A stretch of 64,000 bases of DNA from contig OZ024744.1 of the NCBI GenBank assembly GCA_964016885.1, positions 17,732,001 through 17,796,000 of the forward strand. The letters are read 5' to 3'. The position numbers were made by a program, and so were the translations under genes. Below are positions 1 to 8,315 of this stretch, piece after piece. Source of the DNA: Eledone cirrhosa (taxonomy: Eukaryota). Numbering within the stretch: the first letter of the stretch is position 1; every line of letters starts with the position of its first letter. The notes under the pieces were generated by a model that saw only the letters and a program-made list of their open reading frames with translations, ran no database searches and was not told the origin of the DNA.

Positions 1-312
1 ATTTTAGCCTGATAATGGGGTTAGAACCCTCAGATAAATGGAAAAAGATGAGTATTGACGTACATGGGAGTCGAACCCACATCTTTGGTTATCCAGACCA
101 CTGTGTTACCATTTCACCCATCTCCTCCCATTCAAATAAGAAGCTAAATTCTTAGCGAGTATAAATTTGAATGGAAGGAGATGGGTGTGTGTTGTTGTAA
201 TGGTAGCACAGTGGTCTGGATAACCAAAGATGTGGTTTCGACTACCATGTACGCCAATACTCATCTTTTTCCATTTATCTGAATGTTCTAAACCCCATTA
301 TTAGGCTAAAAT
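1..312. repeat. Fold-back inverted repeat made of two divergently oriented tRNA-like/SINE-head copies
   Basis: 1-137 is the near reverse complement of 165-312 (ATTTTAGCCT...TTCAAAT / ATTTGAA...AGGCTAAAAT), with a ~27-bp spacer. The left arm starts at the window edge and may extend further. Confidence 0.9.
184..256 (+). pseudogene. tRNA-like sequence (tRNA pseudogene or SINE head); inverted partner at ~56-119 (-)
   Basis: Acceptor-like GGTGTGT/GTACGCC-A, D-loop-like TAATGGTAG, anticodon arm TGGT-CTGGATA-ACCA, T-loop TTCGACT (the minus copy has a perfect TGGG-TTCGACT-CCCA). No long variable arm. Confidence 0.6.
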
Positions 313-580
313 GTCTTTAGTCAAAAATACGGTGAAAGCTATTCTATTTTCTAATTTCAAACCTGCTCACTGTTTCAAAACATACTTACTTGTCAAATAT
401 ATATATATAAGTGTGTGTGTGTGGGTATGTGTGCATATATATGTATATATACACATGTATATGTTACGTGAATGTGTATGGATGCATGCATATGATTATA
501 ATGTTTATATCCGTGCATGTGTAATACAAGATGCATCATTTAATGTATGTGTACATATATATATATAGTGCTTCTTATAA

Positions 581-634
581 CTTTACTTGCCCTGATGAGT
601 CCTTAATAGGACGAAACATTGTTGGATAATAAAG
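581..634 (+). ncRNA. Minimal type I hammerhead ribozyme (PLE pLTR type)
   Basis: CTGATGA (592-598), stem II GTCC-TTAATA-GGAC, GAAAC-ATT-GTT, imperfect stem I CTTTACTTGCC / GGATAATAAAG. It lies in a ~105-bp island (568-675) flanked on both sides by (TA)n. Confidence 0.8.
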
Positions 635-675
635 ACTTTTGATGTATTGAAGGCTTCTTTGGTTTATTTTCATAA

Positions 676-703
676 TATATATATATATATATGCATCTTT
701 TAA

Positions 704-743
<40 letters not shown>

Positions 744-752
744 CATACACAC

Positions 753-808
<56 letters not shown>
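676..808. repeat. Compound (TA)n/(CA)n microsatellite
   Basis: Directly visible dinucleotide runs. Confidence 0.95.
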
Positions 809-809
<1 letters not shown>

Positions 810-889
810 ACAAAGGAATTGTGGTAATGAATCAGATGGACCATAACGCACCAGAGTACTCAATACTTAGGGTAGTAGAGTGGGAAATA

Positions 890-1004
890 GGAAAAAGTAT
901 GAACCCGACGGCAGAACTCAGGCCGTTTCGACGGCTACTTCCGGACTAAATTATAATTTTTAGCCCGGTGAATAAATAGCCGAACTTTTCAAGGGCGTAC
1001 TTCC
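890..1004 (-). ncRNA. Degenerate type I hammerhead with long stem II
   Basis: Minus strand: stem I GCCC/GGGT; core TTGAAAA (two changes from CTGANGA); stem II CGGCTATTT..CCGGGCTAAA / TTTAGTCCGG-AAGTAGCCG; GAAAC-GGC..GCC-GTC. Confidence 0.6.
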
Positions 1005-1444
1005 TTATATGGGAAGATTTTAGTTGTCAAGAGGATTGGTTGAAATTTGTTGTAAACACAAATAAGTTTTGTCATGGCATTTTGTGTGAGGTAGGGGTGG
1101 CTGAACTTGCCTGTAGGACAATAGGGGAGTGACAGGAGTGGTCAAGCGCTGCAAGTGATATGTATACAGCAGAATATGAGGATAGAGTATGCAGTGGAGG
1201 TATGTCACTGTGGTTGAGGTGTGTTGTCCTATAGGAGCAGGGCACTTGACTGAACGACCGTGGAGTCCGGATCAGCCTGTCCCGGCGCAGGCGATGTTCC
1301 TCCCTAAGGTGACGTGCGTAGTCAGATGTGCATCTTGGGTTATTTTGGTTTACCCCATAGGGCATATAATGTCATCAGGGTATGGTGTTAGGTCCCTTAA
1401 ACCCGTTTCGTCGCTCAGGTCGGTGCGTGCTTCGGCGCATGCCC

Positions 1445-2208
1445 CTAGCCTGGAATTCCCGGAGGGTTCCATGCGGCGTAAGTGCACCTTCTCTGGTGTC
1501 TAGAGGTCATGATAATTTCAGATTTCAGGTTGACCGCGTCATCCTTCAGTCTGACTATCTCCATGGCCTCGTATAGGCATAATCTGCACTTTCTACTTCC
1601 AGCCGAGTATGCATTCGCATGCCGAACGATACTCCATTCAGGAGGTCCACTAACCTAGTGGAGTGCCTCTTGCTTCGGTCCTTGAAGGACTTCGTGTGGT
1701 TATACTTCCGCGATTTAAAGGTCGTGGGTGTTGCGCCGTTGTAGGTGCGTTTTATATTTTGGGTTCTAACCACACATTTGTATACCAAGTCCTTCGTCAA
1801 GCATTTTCCCTGTAGGGGGCACTGGGTGCCCGCTCTGCAGTTACATATTCTGTGGTTACTTAGTTCGCTTCTGACGCCTGGCCCTCGATTTACTAGGGCC
1901 CTATCACGATTCTCAGTGTGTTGTTCCGCCGGCACGTTGATCTCCCCCACGGCACTCGTTCCCTCCTGGCGTTGGATTGTATTACCTTCCGCGGGCGTGC
2001 CGGCCGCCTCAGGGGCCGGGTTGTTACTTGAAGGCCGGTCCCCGAAGGATCCTCAACGTTCCGATAGACGGTCATTCTGCCGCCGCGGTTGACGGTCGAT
2101 GTTCCCCATCTTTACCGCGTTGGTTTTAGCCATGTAGTCGGCCATGTTAGGTGCCGTGGAGAAGGAAAACTTCACCGTATGGCGGTTGAATATTTTGTGG
2201 TATTTGTA
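1445..2208 (-). pseudogene. Disrupted PLE C-terminal ORF (CxCx5C linker + GIY-YIG endonuclease)
   Basis: ORF 1555..1950 plus its upstream extension through one stop and a downstream frameshifted continuation ending ...WNPPGIPG* at 1445. The YIG motif is altered to YNG. Confidence 0.8.
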
Positions 2209-2217
2209 CGATTGCGT

Positions 2218-2547
2218 ATTAGGAATAAGTAAAAATTAGTAATAAGTATTGATTAGTATTCAGTTTTAGTTTTAAGTTTCTACCGGTTGCGCATTTCTAA
2301 TGCTTTTCAAAAATAATTTTGAGATAGAGCGCCCGTGATAAACGTAATTATTTTAATACCTCTGGAGCCACTTTTTTCACATAAAACAGGTAGAATTTCC
2401 AAAACTGATCAGATTAGAGCAAACATGACGGGCGCTCTATCTCAAAATTATTTTTGAAAAGCATTAGAAATGCGCAACCGGTAAAAACTTAAAACTAAAA
2501 ACTGAATACTAACCAATACTTATTACTAATTTTTACTTATTCCTAAT
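2218..2547. repeat. Near-perfect ~120-bp inverted repeat with ~90-bp spacer
   Basis: 2218-2336 is the reverse complement of 2428-2547 with only a few mismatches or indels. It directly abuts the 5' truncation point of the 807-2211 PLE. Confidence 0.9.
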
Positions 2548-2636
2548 TAAACTATTTTTCACTGGGAACAATTTGTCAGCATTCACTCTTCCTTTTACCA
2601 ATATATCACAACTCGTGTGTTACACCTCTATTGTTT

Positions 2637-2639
<3 letters not shown>

Positions 2640-2695
<56 letters not shown>

Positions 2696-2708
2696 ATATA
2701 TATATATA
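2640..2708. repeat. (TA)n microsatellite
   Basis: Directly visible. Confidence 0.95.
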
Positions 2709-3125
2709 ATTGAATATACAAGAGAGATAAACACAAATATAACCATACATGTGTTCGAATTGTAAAGGACCAGGTTCATTAGGGTGAACAAAATGCTAAC
2801 TATAACAATATGGTTTGCCAGACTTAATTTAAAATAATAAATCAAGAAAAAAAAGAACAAACCTATATTGGGCAACTCCCTGCAACACCTAAACAGTTTT
2901 AGGAACTGTCCCGCAAATTATTAATCGAAGGAATCATCAACTTTCTGCTCATCAGTAGCTGTTAAAAATTAGCAATCCTGTGTAATATAATTGAATATAC
3001 AAGAGAGACAAATATAACCATACATGTGTTCGAATTGTAAAGGACCAAGTTCACTAGGGTGAAAAGAATACTAACGATAACAAATTCGAACACATGTGTT
3101 TATCTCTCTTGTATATTCAATTATA
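2703..3125 (-). mobile_element. Non-coding ~280-bp partial tandem unit with inverted tail (PLE pLTR- or retrozyme-like)
   Basis: 2703-2807 repeats directly at ~2985-3082, followed by an inverted copy of its start at 3083-3125. Both ends lie in (TA)n, and there is an HHR-like motif inside. Confidence 0.6.
2798..2960 (-). ncRNA. Putative type I hammerhead with ~130-nt stem II region and one core substitution
   Basis: Minus strand: AGCTA-CTGATGA-G-CAGA...TCTG-GCAAAC-CATATT-GTTA-TAGTT. Stem I AGCTA/TAGTT, stem II base CAGA/TCTG, and GAA reads GCA. Confidence 0.45.
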
Positions 3126-3139
3126 TATATATATATATT

Positions 3140-3168
3140 GTTTCACCTTATGAGGATCTTCAGCTCGG
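3140..3168 (-). ncRNA. Truncated hammerhead core
   Basis: Minus strand CTGAAGA-T-CCT-CATA-AGG-T-GAAAC running directly into (TA)n. Stem III and the 3' strand of stem I are missing. Confidence 0.55.
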
Positions 3169-3242
3169 AGTGGTAATGGTTATACGAACAGGAAGAAGAA
3201 CCGCACGAACGCACATGCACAGAAACGGTCATTTCACCCAAG

Positions 3243-3362
3243 CTGAGGCGTGTGGCTGAGTGGTTAGAGAATTGGATTCACAATCTTGAAGTTGTGAGTT
3301 CGATTCCTGGACCGGGCGATGCGTTATGTCCTTGAGCAAGACACTTTATTTCACGTTGCTCC
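3243..3362 (+). mobile_element. tRNA-derived CORE-type SINE (5' part)
   Basis: A box TGGCTGAGTGG (3253-3263), B box GAGTTCGATTCC (3296-3307), CORE-like TGTCCTTGAGCAAGACACTT (~3327-3346). Confidence 0.8.
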
Positions 3363-3452
3363 TTCTACCTGGAGTTGCGACCGATAGATACTACTGGCAA
3401 CTGGAAAGACCGACGAAAACATTGTTTCCTCGGTCCGATTTGACGAAAGTCG

Positions 3453-3496
<44 letters not shown>

Positions 3497-3510
3497 GAAG
3501 ATGTTCTTTA

Positions 3511-3598
3511 ACATTTTCCTATTACCCACTCTACTACCTTAAGTATTAAGTACACTGGTGCGTTATGGTCCACCTGGTTCCTTGCCACACTTCGTTCG

Positions 3599-3601
<3 letters not shown>
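3511..3601 (+). mobile_element. Solo 3'-terminal fragment of the same PLE family as 807-2211 (opposite orientation)
   Basis: Reverse complement of ~807-900 and ~4485-4577 (TTCCTATTACCCACTCTACTACC..AAGTATT..GGTGCGTTATGGTCCA). Ends in (TA)n. Confidence 0.85.
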
Positions 3602-3631
<30 letters not shown>

Positions 3632-3650
3632 TAGATAGATGTGTGTGTGT

Positions 3651-3720
<70 letters not shown>
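3600..3720. repeat. Compound (TA)n(GATA)n(TG)n microsatellite
   Basis: Directly visible. Confidence 0.95.
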
Positions 3721-3722
<2 letters not shown>

Positions 3723-4194
3723 CATAATATTATAATACTATCAGGATATTATTAATATTCGGTTTGTTTGCCACCAAACAGCCCCATAAACACCACGTAT
3801 ATTATTTAGATGAACAACTTCATCCTTTTGTTCCAGCGGGAGCTGACAGAAAACAATCGGCAATTGACAATTGTTTCAGAATGTTTTGCTCCTTGTCTAG
3901 ATTGTGTATTCTGCTGGTTAGCTACCGTCTGGAATTGCTGATAATACATAGAATTCTCAAATGTATACATTTGCTGATTAGCCTCATTTGCATACCGAGC
4001 GATTTTACGGCCGGCTTTGTCGAAAATTAAAAAAAACAAAATTTGTATCCGCTCTTTACGTGGTGAATACCTATATACATGGCTGAATAATAATAATATA
4101 ACAATTGTATCTATTGTTGGCACAAGGCCAGCAATTATCCCAGTACATAATATCATAATATTACTAATCATCTATCTTTACAGCATAGTTACGT

Positions 4195-4325
4195 CCCTTT
4201 ATGTTCTGAGTTCAAATCCCGCCAAGTTTAACTTTGCCTTTCATCCGTACGGGGTCGATAAAATAAAGTACCAGTAATGCACTCGGATAATTGCTGGCCT
4301 TGTGCCAAAAGTAGAAACAATTATT
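4195..4325 (+). mobile_element. Meta-domain-type SINE fragment
   Basis: GAGTTCAAATCCCGCC...ACTTTGCCTTTCATCC...GGGGTCGATAAAATAAAGTACCAG resembles the MetaSINE central domain, followed by tail AATTGCTGGCCTTGTGCCAA. An inverted copy of the tail lies at ~4100-4150. Confidence 0.7.
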
Positions 4326-4484
4326 AATTATCTAGAAAAGAAACATAGTGTTTATGAGGCTGTTTTGTAGCAAACAAATCGAATATTAATATTATGATAT
4401 TATTACATTATTATTGTTCACTCACGAATACATTTAGGTATCCACCATGTTAAGAGTGAAAACAAATATTGTTTATGTATATAT

Positions 4485-4654
4485 ATAACGAAGGAGGTGT
4501 GGTAAGGAACCAGGTGGACTATAACGCACCAGAGTACTCAATACTTAGGGTAGTAGAGTGGGTAATAGGAAAATGTATGACCCCGACGGCAGAGCTCAAG
4601 CCGTTTCGACGGCTATTTCTGGACTAAATTATAATTTTTAGCATGGTAAATAAA
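4485..4654 (-). mobile_element. Second solo pLTR fragment of the 807-2211 PLE family
   Basis: High-identity direct repeat of ~806-976, including the GAAAC/stem III half of the HHR. Starts at a short (TA)n. Confidence 0.88.
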
Positions 4655-4679
4655 AAAAAAAGAGAGAGAGAGAGAATTT

Positions 4680-4890
4680 GATAGATTTCAGCGAGTATTT
4701 GCCCAGGCCATGTCTAACTTAATAGCACCACCTGGCGAAGTATTTAAAATCATGATTTGGACACTGTGGCCCACTCAGGTAAAGAGTTATTGTTTACGGA
4801 CACATATCCGGGTGTAGAAGGTTCATCCGGAATTTCGACGAGGAATTTGTCCAAAGACATTTTAAATTTTATTGAACTTATTTCTTTTTT
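4680..4890 (-). mobile_element. 3' end of a CR1-group LINE
   Basis: Minus translation KFKMSLDKFLVEIPDEPSTPGYVSVNNNSLPEW..* (stop 4750-4752) resembles the CR1-like ORF2 C-terminus (FK..LDKFL..IPDEP..PGY....NSL). A short 3' UTR runs into (CT)n. Confidence 0.65.
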
Positions 4891-5110
4891 GTGTTTTGGT
4901 TTAATGTTAGACAGACGGAGCCAAATGAGGCGAAATAATTGTACGTTATTGTTGTTATGAGATGCGAGTGAGATTTTTTGTTGAGATTAAAAATAGATTT
5001 GATTTAAAAATGCTGGTTTATTCAGTATTAAATATAGATATATGTATATATATACATACATACATACATATTTACATACATATATATACACACACACACA
5101 CGCACACATT

Positions 5111-5149
<39 letters not shown>

Positions 5150-5180
5150 GGATTTAAATGGATACAGTTCAGTTAAAAGG

Positions 5181-5306
5181 AATTTATTGACACGTGTTTC
5201 AATAACAGTTACATAACCTGAAAACAGCTGCTATCTACAAAGTATTAATTATGCAGACACTCAATATTTCAATGTTATTATCAACTGTCATTTCATCAGA
5301 ATAATT
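5181..5306 (-). ncRNA. Type I hammerhead ribozyme with intact core and ~92-nt hairpin as stem II
   Basis: Minus strand TTATT-CTGATGA-AATGACAGTT...(72 nt)...AACTGTTATT-GAAAC-ACGT-GTC-AATAA: 10-bp stem II base, palindromic stem III, GUC cleavage triplet, stem I TTATT/AATAA. Confidence 0.85.
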
Positions 5307-5589
5307 TTATTGAGAACCTGTTTGGTTTTTATAGACAATATTAAGAGGGAGGGGTGAAGTTTTTAGAAGAATAGTTAAGGGAGTGGATAGAGATTTTTTT
5401 GATAGCAGTGAGAATTTTTGGTAGCAGTGAGTAATTAGATTCCCATCTGTTGTTTTGACATTTTTATAGAATACATTATTTGGTGTTGGTTATTTTTCTA
5501 AATCTATAGAAGGATTAGAGATAGTAAAGATATGCATGGTTGGTTTTGTGTTTGCACTTAATTAACATACAGACTTAAATTTTTCTTTC

Positions 5590-5841
5590 AAGTGTACGTA
5601 TCCGTTCGCCCACATATTCACACACAAACATATATGCACACCTCTACAAAATACATACACTCACATACACATACTTACATGCTCATACTTACATACATAT
5701 ATACCTGCACATATACATATATACATATATATACATATATATATTACATACATACGCATTCATGTATATACATTTTCATACTCAACTTATCTTCATATAC
5801 ACACGTATAGGGACACATATATATACATACATACTCCTGTC

Positions 5842-5914
<73 letters not shown>

Positions 5915-6012
5915 ACTTTAATACATGAATACAATTACATCTAACTATACACATCAAACATATATATATATTTACTTATTTATATACATTTTCACATATA
6001 TATACATACATA
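5590..6012. repeat. Low-complexity (CA/TA) tract and (TA)n inside the PLE 3' UTR
   Basis: Directly visible; lies between the ORF stop (6192) and the HHR (5306). Confidence 0.85.
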
Positions 6013-6191
6013 TGGTCGCTTTTAGACACATTCATTATAGCATATTCGCACCTATTCTCATCAGCATATCTTTCCATTATTAGTGTGGTAATTTAAGGTT
6101 ATTAATATACATATATATGTTGAGAAGAGATTGTTTTTATATTTTTCTAACTAGATTGAGGTTTATATAGTTGGGGGGGGGGGTCCCTCTT

Positions 6192-8161
6192 TTATGTAAT
6201 ATTCAGCTTGTAGTGGGACAAAAGGGCTTTAGTTCGGTGGCGGCAGAATAATGTTCGTTCAATTCTGTTATTAAGCAATTTCTTCTTGTGTGTGATTATG
6301 TAATAAATCTCAAGATTACACAATTTGCAGAAATTTTGGCTCCTGGAAAAGCTTTGGGTTTTAGCTAATTTCTCCCATTTTAGGGTAAACTTTTGATCGC
6401 TATCCCTGAGCGTCCAAGCTTTTTCTGCTAAAGTTGTTACATTTCTTTGGCTCTGGTGTTTTATTGAGTAAGAATGCCTATATAATCGAGATTTAAACGA
6501 TGTCTCTTAACTATTTTAAAGAAGAGTACTGGTAAATTTGTACTAATGGAACTATTGTATTCAGGGTTATACCATAAGTACTCTTTGCATCGCTTTCTAT
6601 TAGTTTTGTTTGTTGGTTTACTGGTGTGTATACTATGGTAGTAAGTGTGGTTTGGTGTTGTGTTATTATATCTACTTATGTGGGATTTATTTTGGGTGTT
6701 TTGATTGTTTTCATCTATATACTCTATTTTGTTGAGGTAGCCTGCTTTACTAAGGGCGTTATCGTAGTACTCGGCGTGTTCCTTAAATACTTGTATGTTA
6801 GAAAATAGACCCGAGATTCTAAGGGAAATATTTTTAGGGATAGATTTAATTATAGAGATGGGGTGGTTAGACCCAACATTTATGTACTTGAGATTTTCAT
6901 TCAATTTATGAAACGGTTTAATCAGACCAGAGTTTAAATTGAGTGTGACATCCAGGAAGTTAACTACTTTAAGGTTGTATTCATATGTTATAGTTAGTCC
7001 TATTTCAAGTAGTAGTTTTCTTATATCTTTGCGTAGTTTTTCTAGTTTTTGGTTATTTAGGTTTTTAACTAGGAGAACATCGTCGCGGTATATTCCACCG
7101 TGGAGATTACTGAATTTTTCCTGGAGTCTAAAGGCGATAAATAACCCCACAATATCAGTTATTTCCGCCGAATCGTTAGAGCCCATTGTTATATCAAAGT
7201 TAGAGGGTCTATCTTTACGAACCCAATAACTGTTCTCGAATTTGACTATAGTTTTCCTAGCTTCTAATATAATCTTAATTTCTTCGTTTGTAAGGTCAGA
7301 GTTGTCCTTAGCAAACTTAATGGCTCTATTCAGAGTTTCAGGTGATATCGATGAGTAATATTCGTCGATATCAAACTGGATAAACTTAGATTTATTCTTA
7401 TTGCTAATGCTATTAAACCATCTTATTGCTTCTTGGGTCTTCCCCCAGAGTTTAATGTTAACCTTAGCCTTAATTTGGGCGATGATTCAATCTAAGATAT
7501 ATTTGCTTATTTTACCTATATCTGATTTAGAGGGGCAGATTAATCTAATTTTAGGGTCATTATCAAAGTTTACCTTATGGTCCTTAAGATTGAAGGTGGG
7601 TACCGCCGGTAAGAGTGGTCCTGTCCTATCTTCGATTCCGAGATTTTTCACTATTTCGCATGCCTCATCATTGATGTGCTTAATAGTTACTTCACTCGTT
7701 TTTCTATATTTTTTATGTAATTCTTTTCGAATGAAGTTGTTGTATGTAGTGCAGTCCATAGTATACAGGTTAGATGTTTTGTCCGCTTTTACTATAATTC
7801 CTTTGGTGTTTTTAAGGTCGTCCAGTAGTTTTTTAATATCTTTCTGCAGTTTGTTGTTGGTGTTACGTCCTTTGAATTTAATTTTAAGGATTAAGTCCAT
7901 AAGGTCCTGCTCAAATGCATCTAATAGTGGGTTAGTGGGTGGGTTTTTACACGTTCTGAAACCAAATTTGTTGTTTACACCACTTTCTGATGGTGAGTTC
8001 ATAAGGCTTCTATCATAGTGGAGCGTTTTCCACCTGACACGTCGAATGAATTCATTTGTTTTTTGTATCATACTCAATAAGTATTCCTTTCTACCTTGGG
8101 TTGGTATGTTTATGAGTGACATATCCAGGTAGTGCTTTTCATTGTTGTGGTTACGAAACAC
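6192..8161 (-). pseudogene. PLE reverse transcriptase-endonuclease ORF, disrupted by one in-frame TGA and an internal deletion
   Basis: ORFs 7487..8161 and 6461..7186 are in the same frame, separated only by TGA at 7487-7489. Motifs: ADKTSNLY, LKDHKVNF, RLICPSKS, FIQFDIDEYYSSI, ITMGSNDSAEI, GGIYRDD, VNFLDVTLNL, WYNP. A frameshifted tail SFKSR..H..TTLA..W..KW..CKLCNLE..LLNNRIE..CRHR ends at 6192. Confidence 0.9.
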
Positions 8162-8315
8162 GTGTCAATAAATTCCTTTTAACTGAACTGTATCCATTTA
8201 AATCCTTCTATTTTCTCCGGATTACTTTTGAAACTACAACTGGAACCGTCGAGCAAACTCTACGTGAGCTGTCCATCTACTGTGTGTAATATTCATATTA
8301 CAACACTACGGAAAA

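Larger units (their letters stand above)
807..2211 (-). mobile_element. 5'-truncated Penelope-like retroelement (Hydra-clade-like): linker + GIY-YIG endonuclease + 3' UTR/pLTR
   Basis: Minus-strand translation YHKIFNRHTVKFSFS...CNCRAGTQCPLQGKCLTKDLVYKC...YNGAT..TFKSR..NH, then frameshifted EWSIVRHANAYS..RKCRLCLYE..NLKSEI..RH. The 3' end abuts (TA)n at ~807, and the 3' region holds a decayed HHR. Confidence 0.85.

Noticed and set aside
311-949. Short ORFs rich in YI/VC/HT (also at 2636, 4962, 5592, 5762 and 8293)
   Set aside because: These are translations of (TA)n/(CA)n microsatellites.
1200-1212. 13-nt exact match (GTATGTCACTGTG) to the satellite monomer inside a PLE 3' UTR, suggesting the satellite's origin
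   Set aside because: Too short and low-complexity, with no flanking similarity; cannot be distinguished from chance.
1340-1415. GAAAC and CTGATGA on the minus strand suggesting another hammerhead
   Set aside because: Could not form consistent stems I-III or a correctly placed UH triplet.
3764-4277. ORFs 3764..4030, 3806..4171 and 4017..4277
   Set aside because: They overlap SINE and inverted-repeat sequence and show no domain signature.
6939-8018. Plus-strand ORFs 6939..7229 and 7401..8018
   Set aside because: Antisense shadows of the PLE RT frame with no recognisable motifs.
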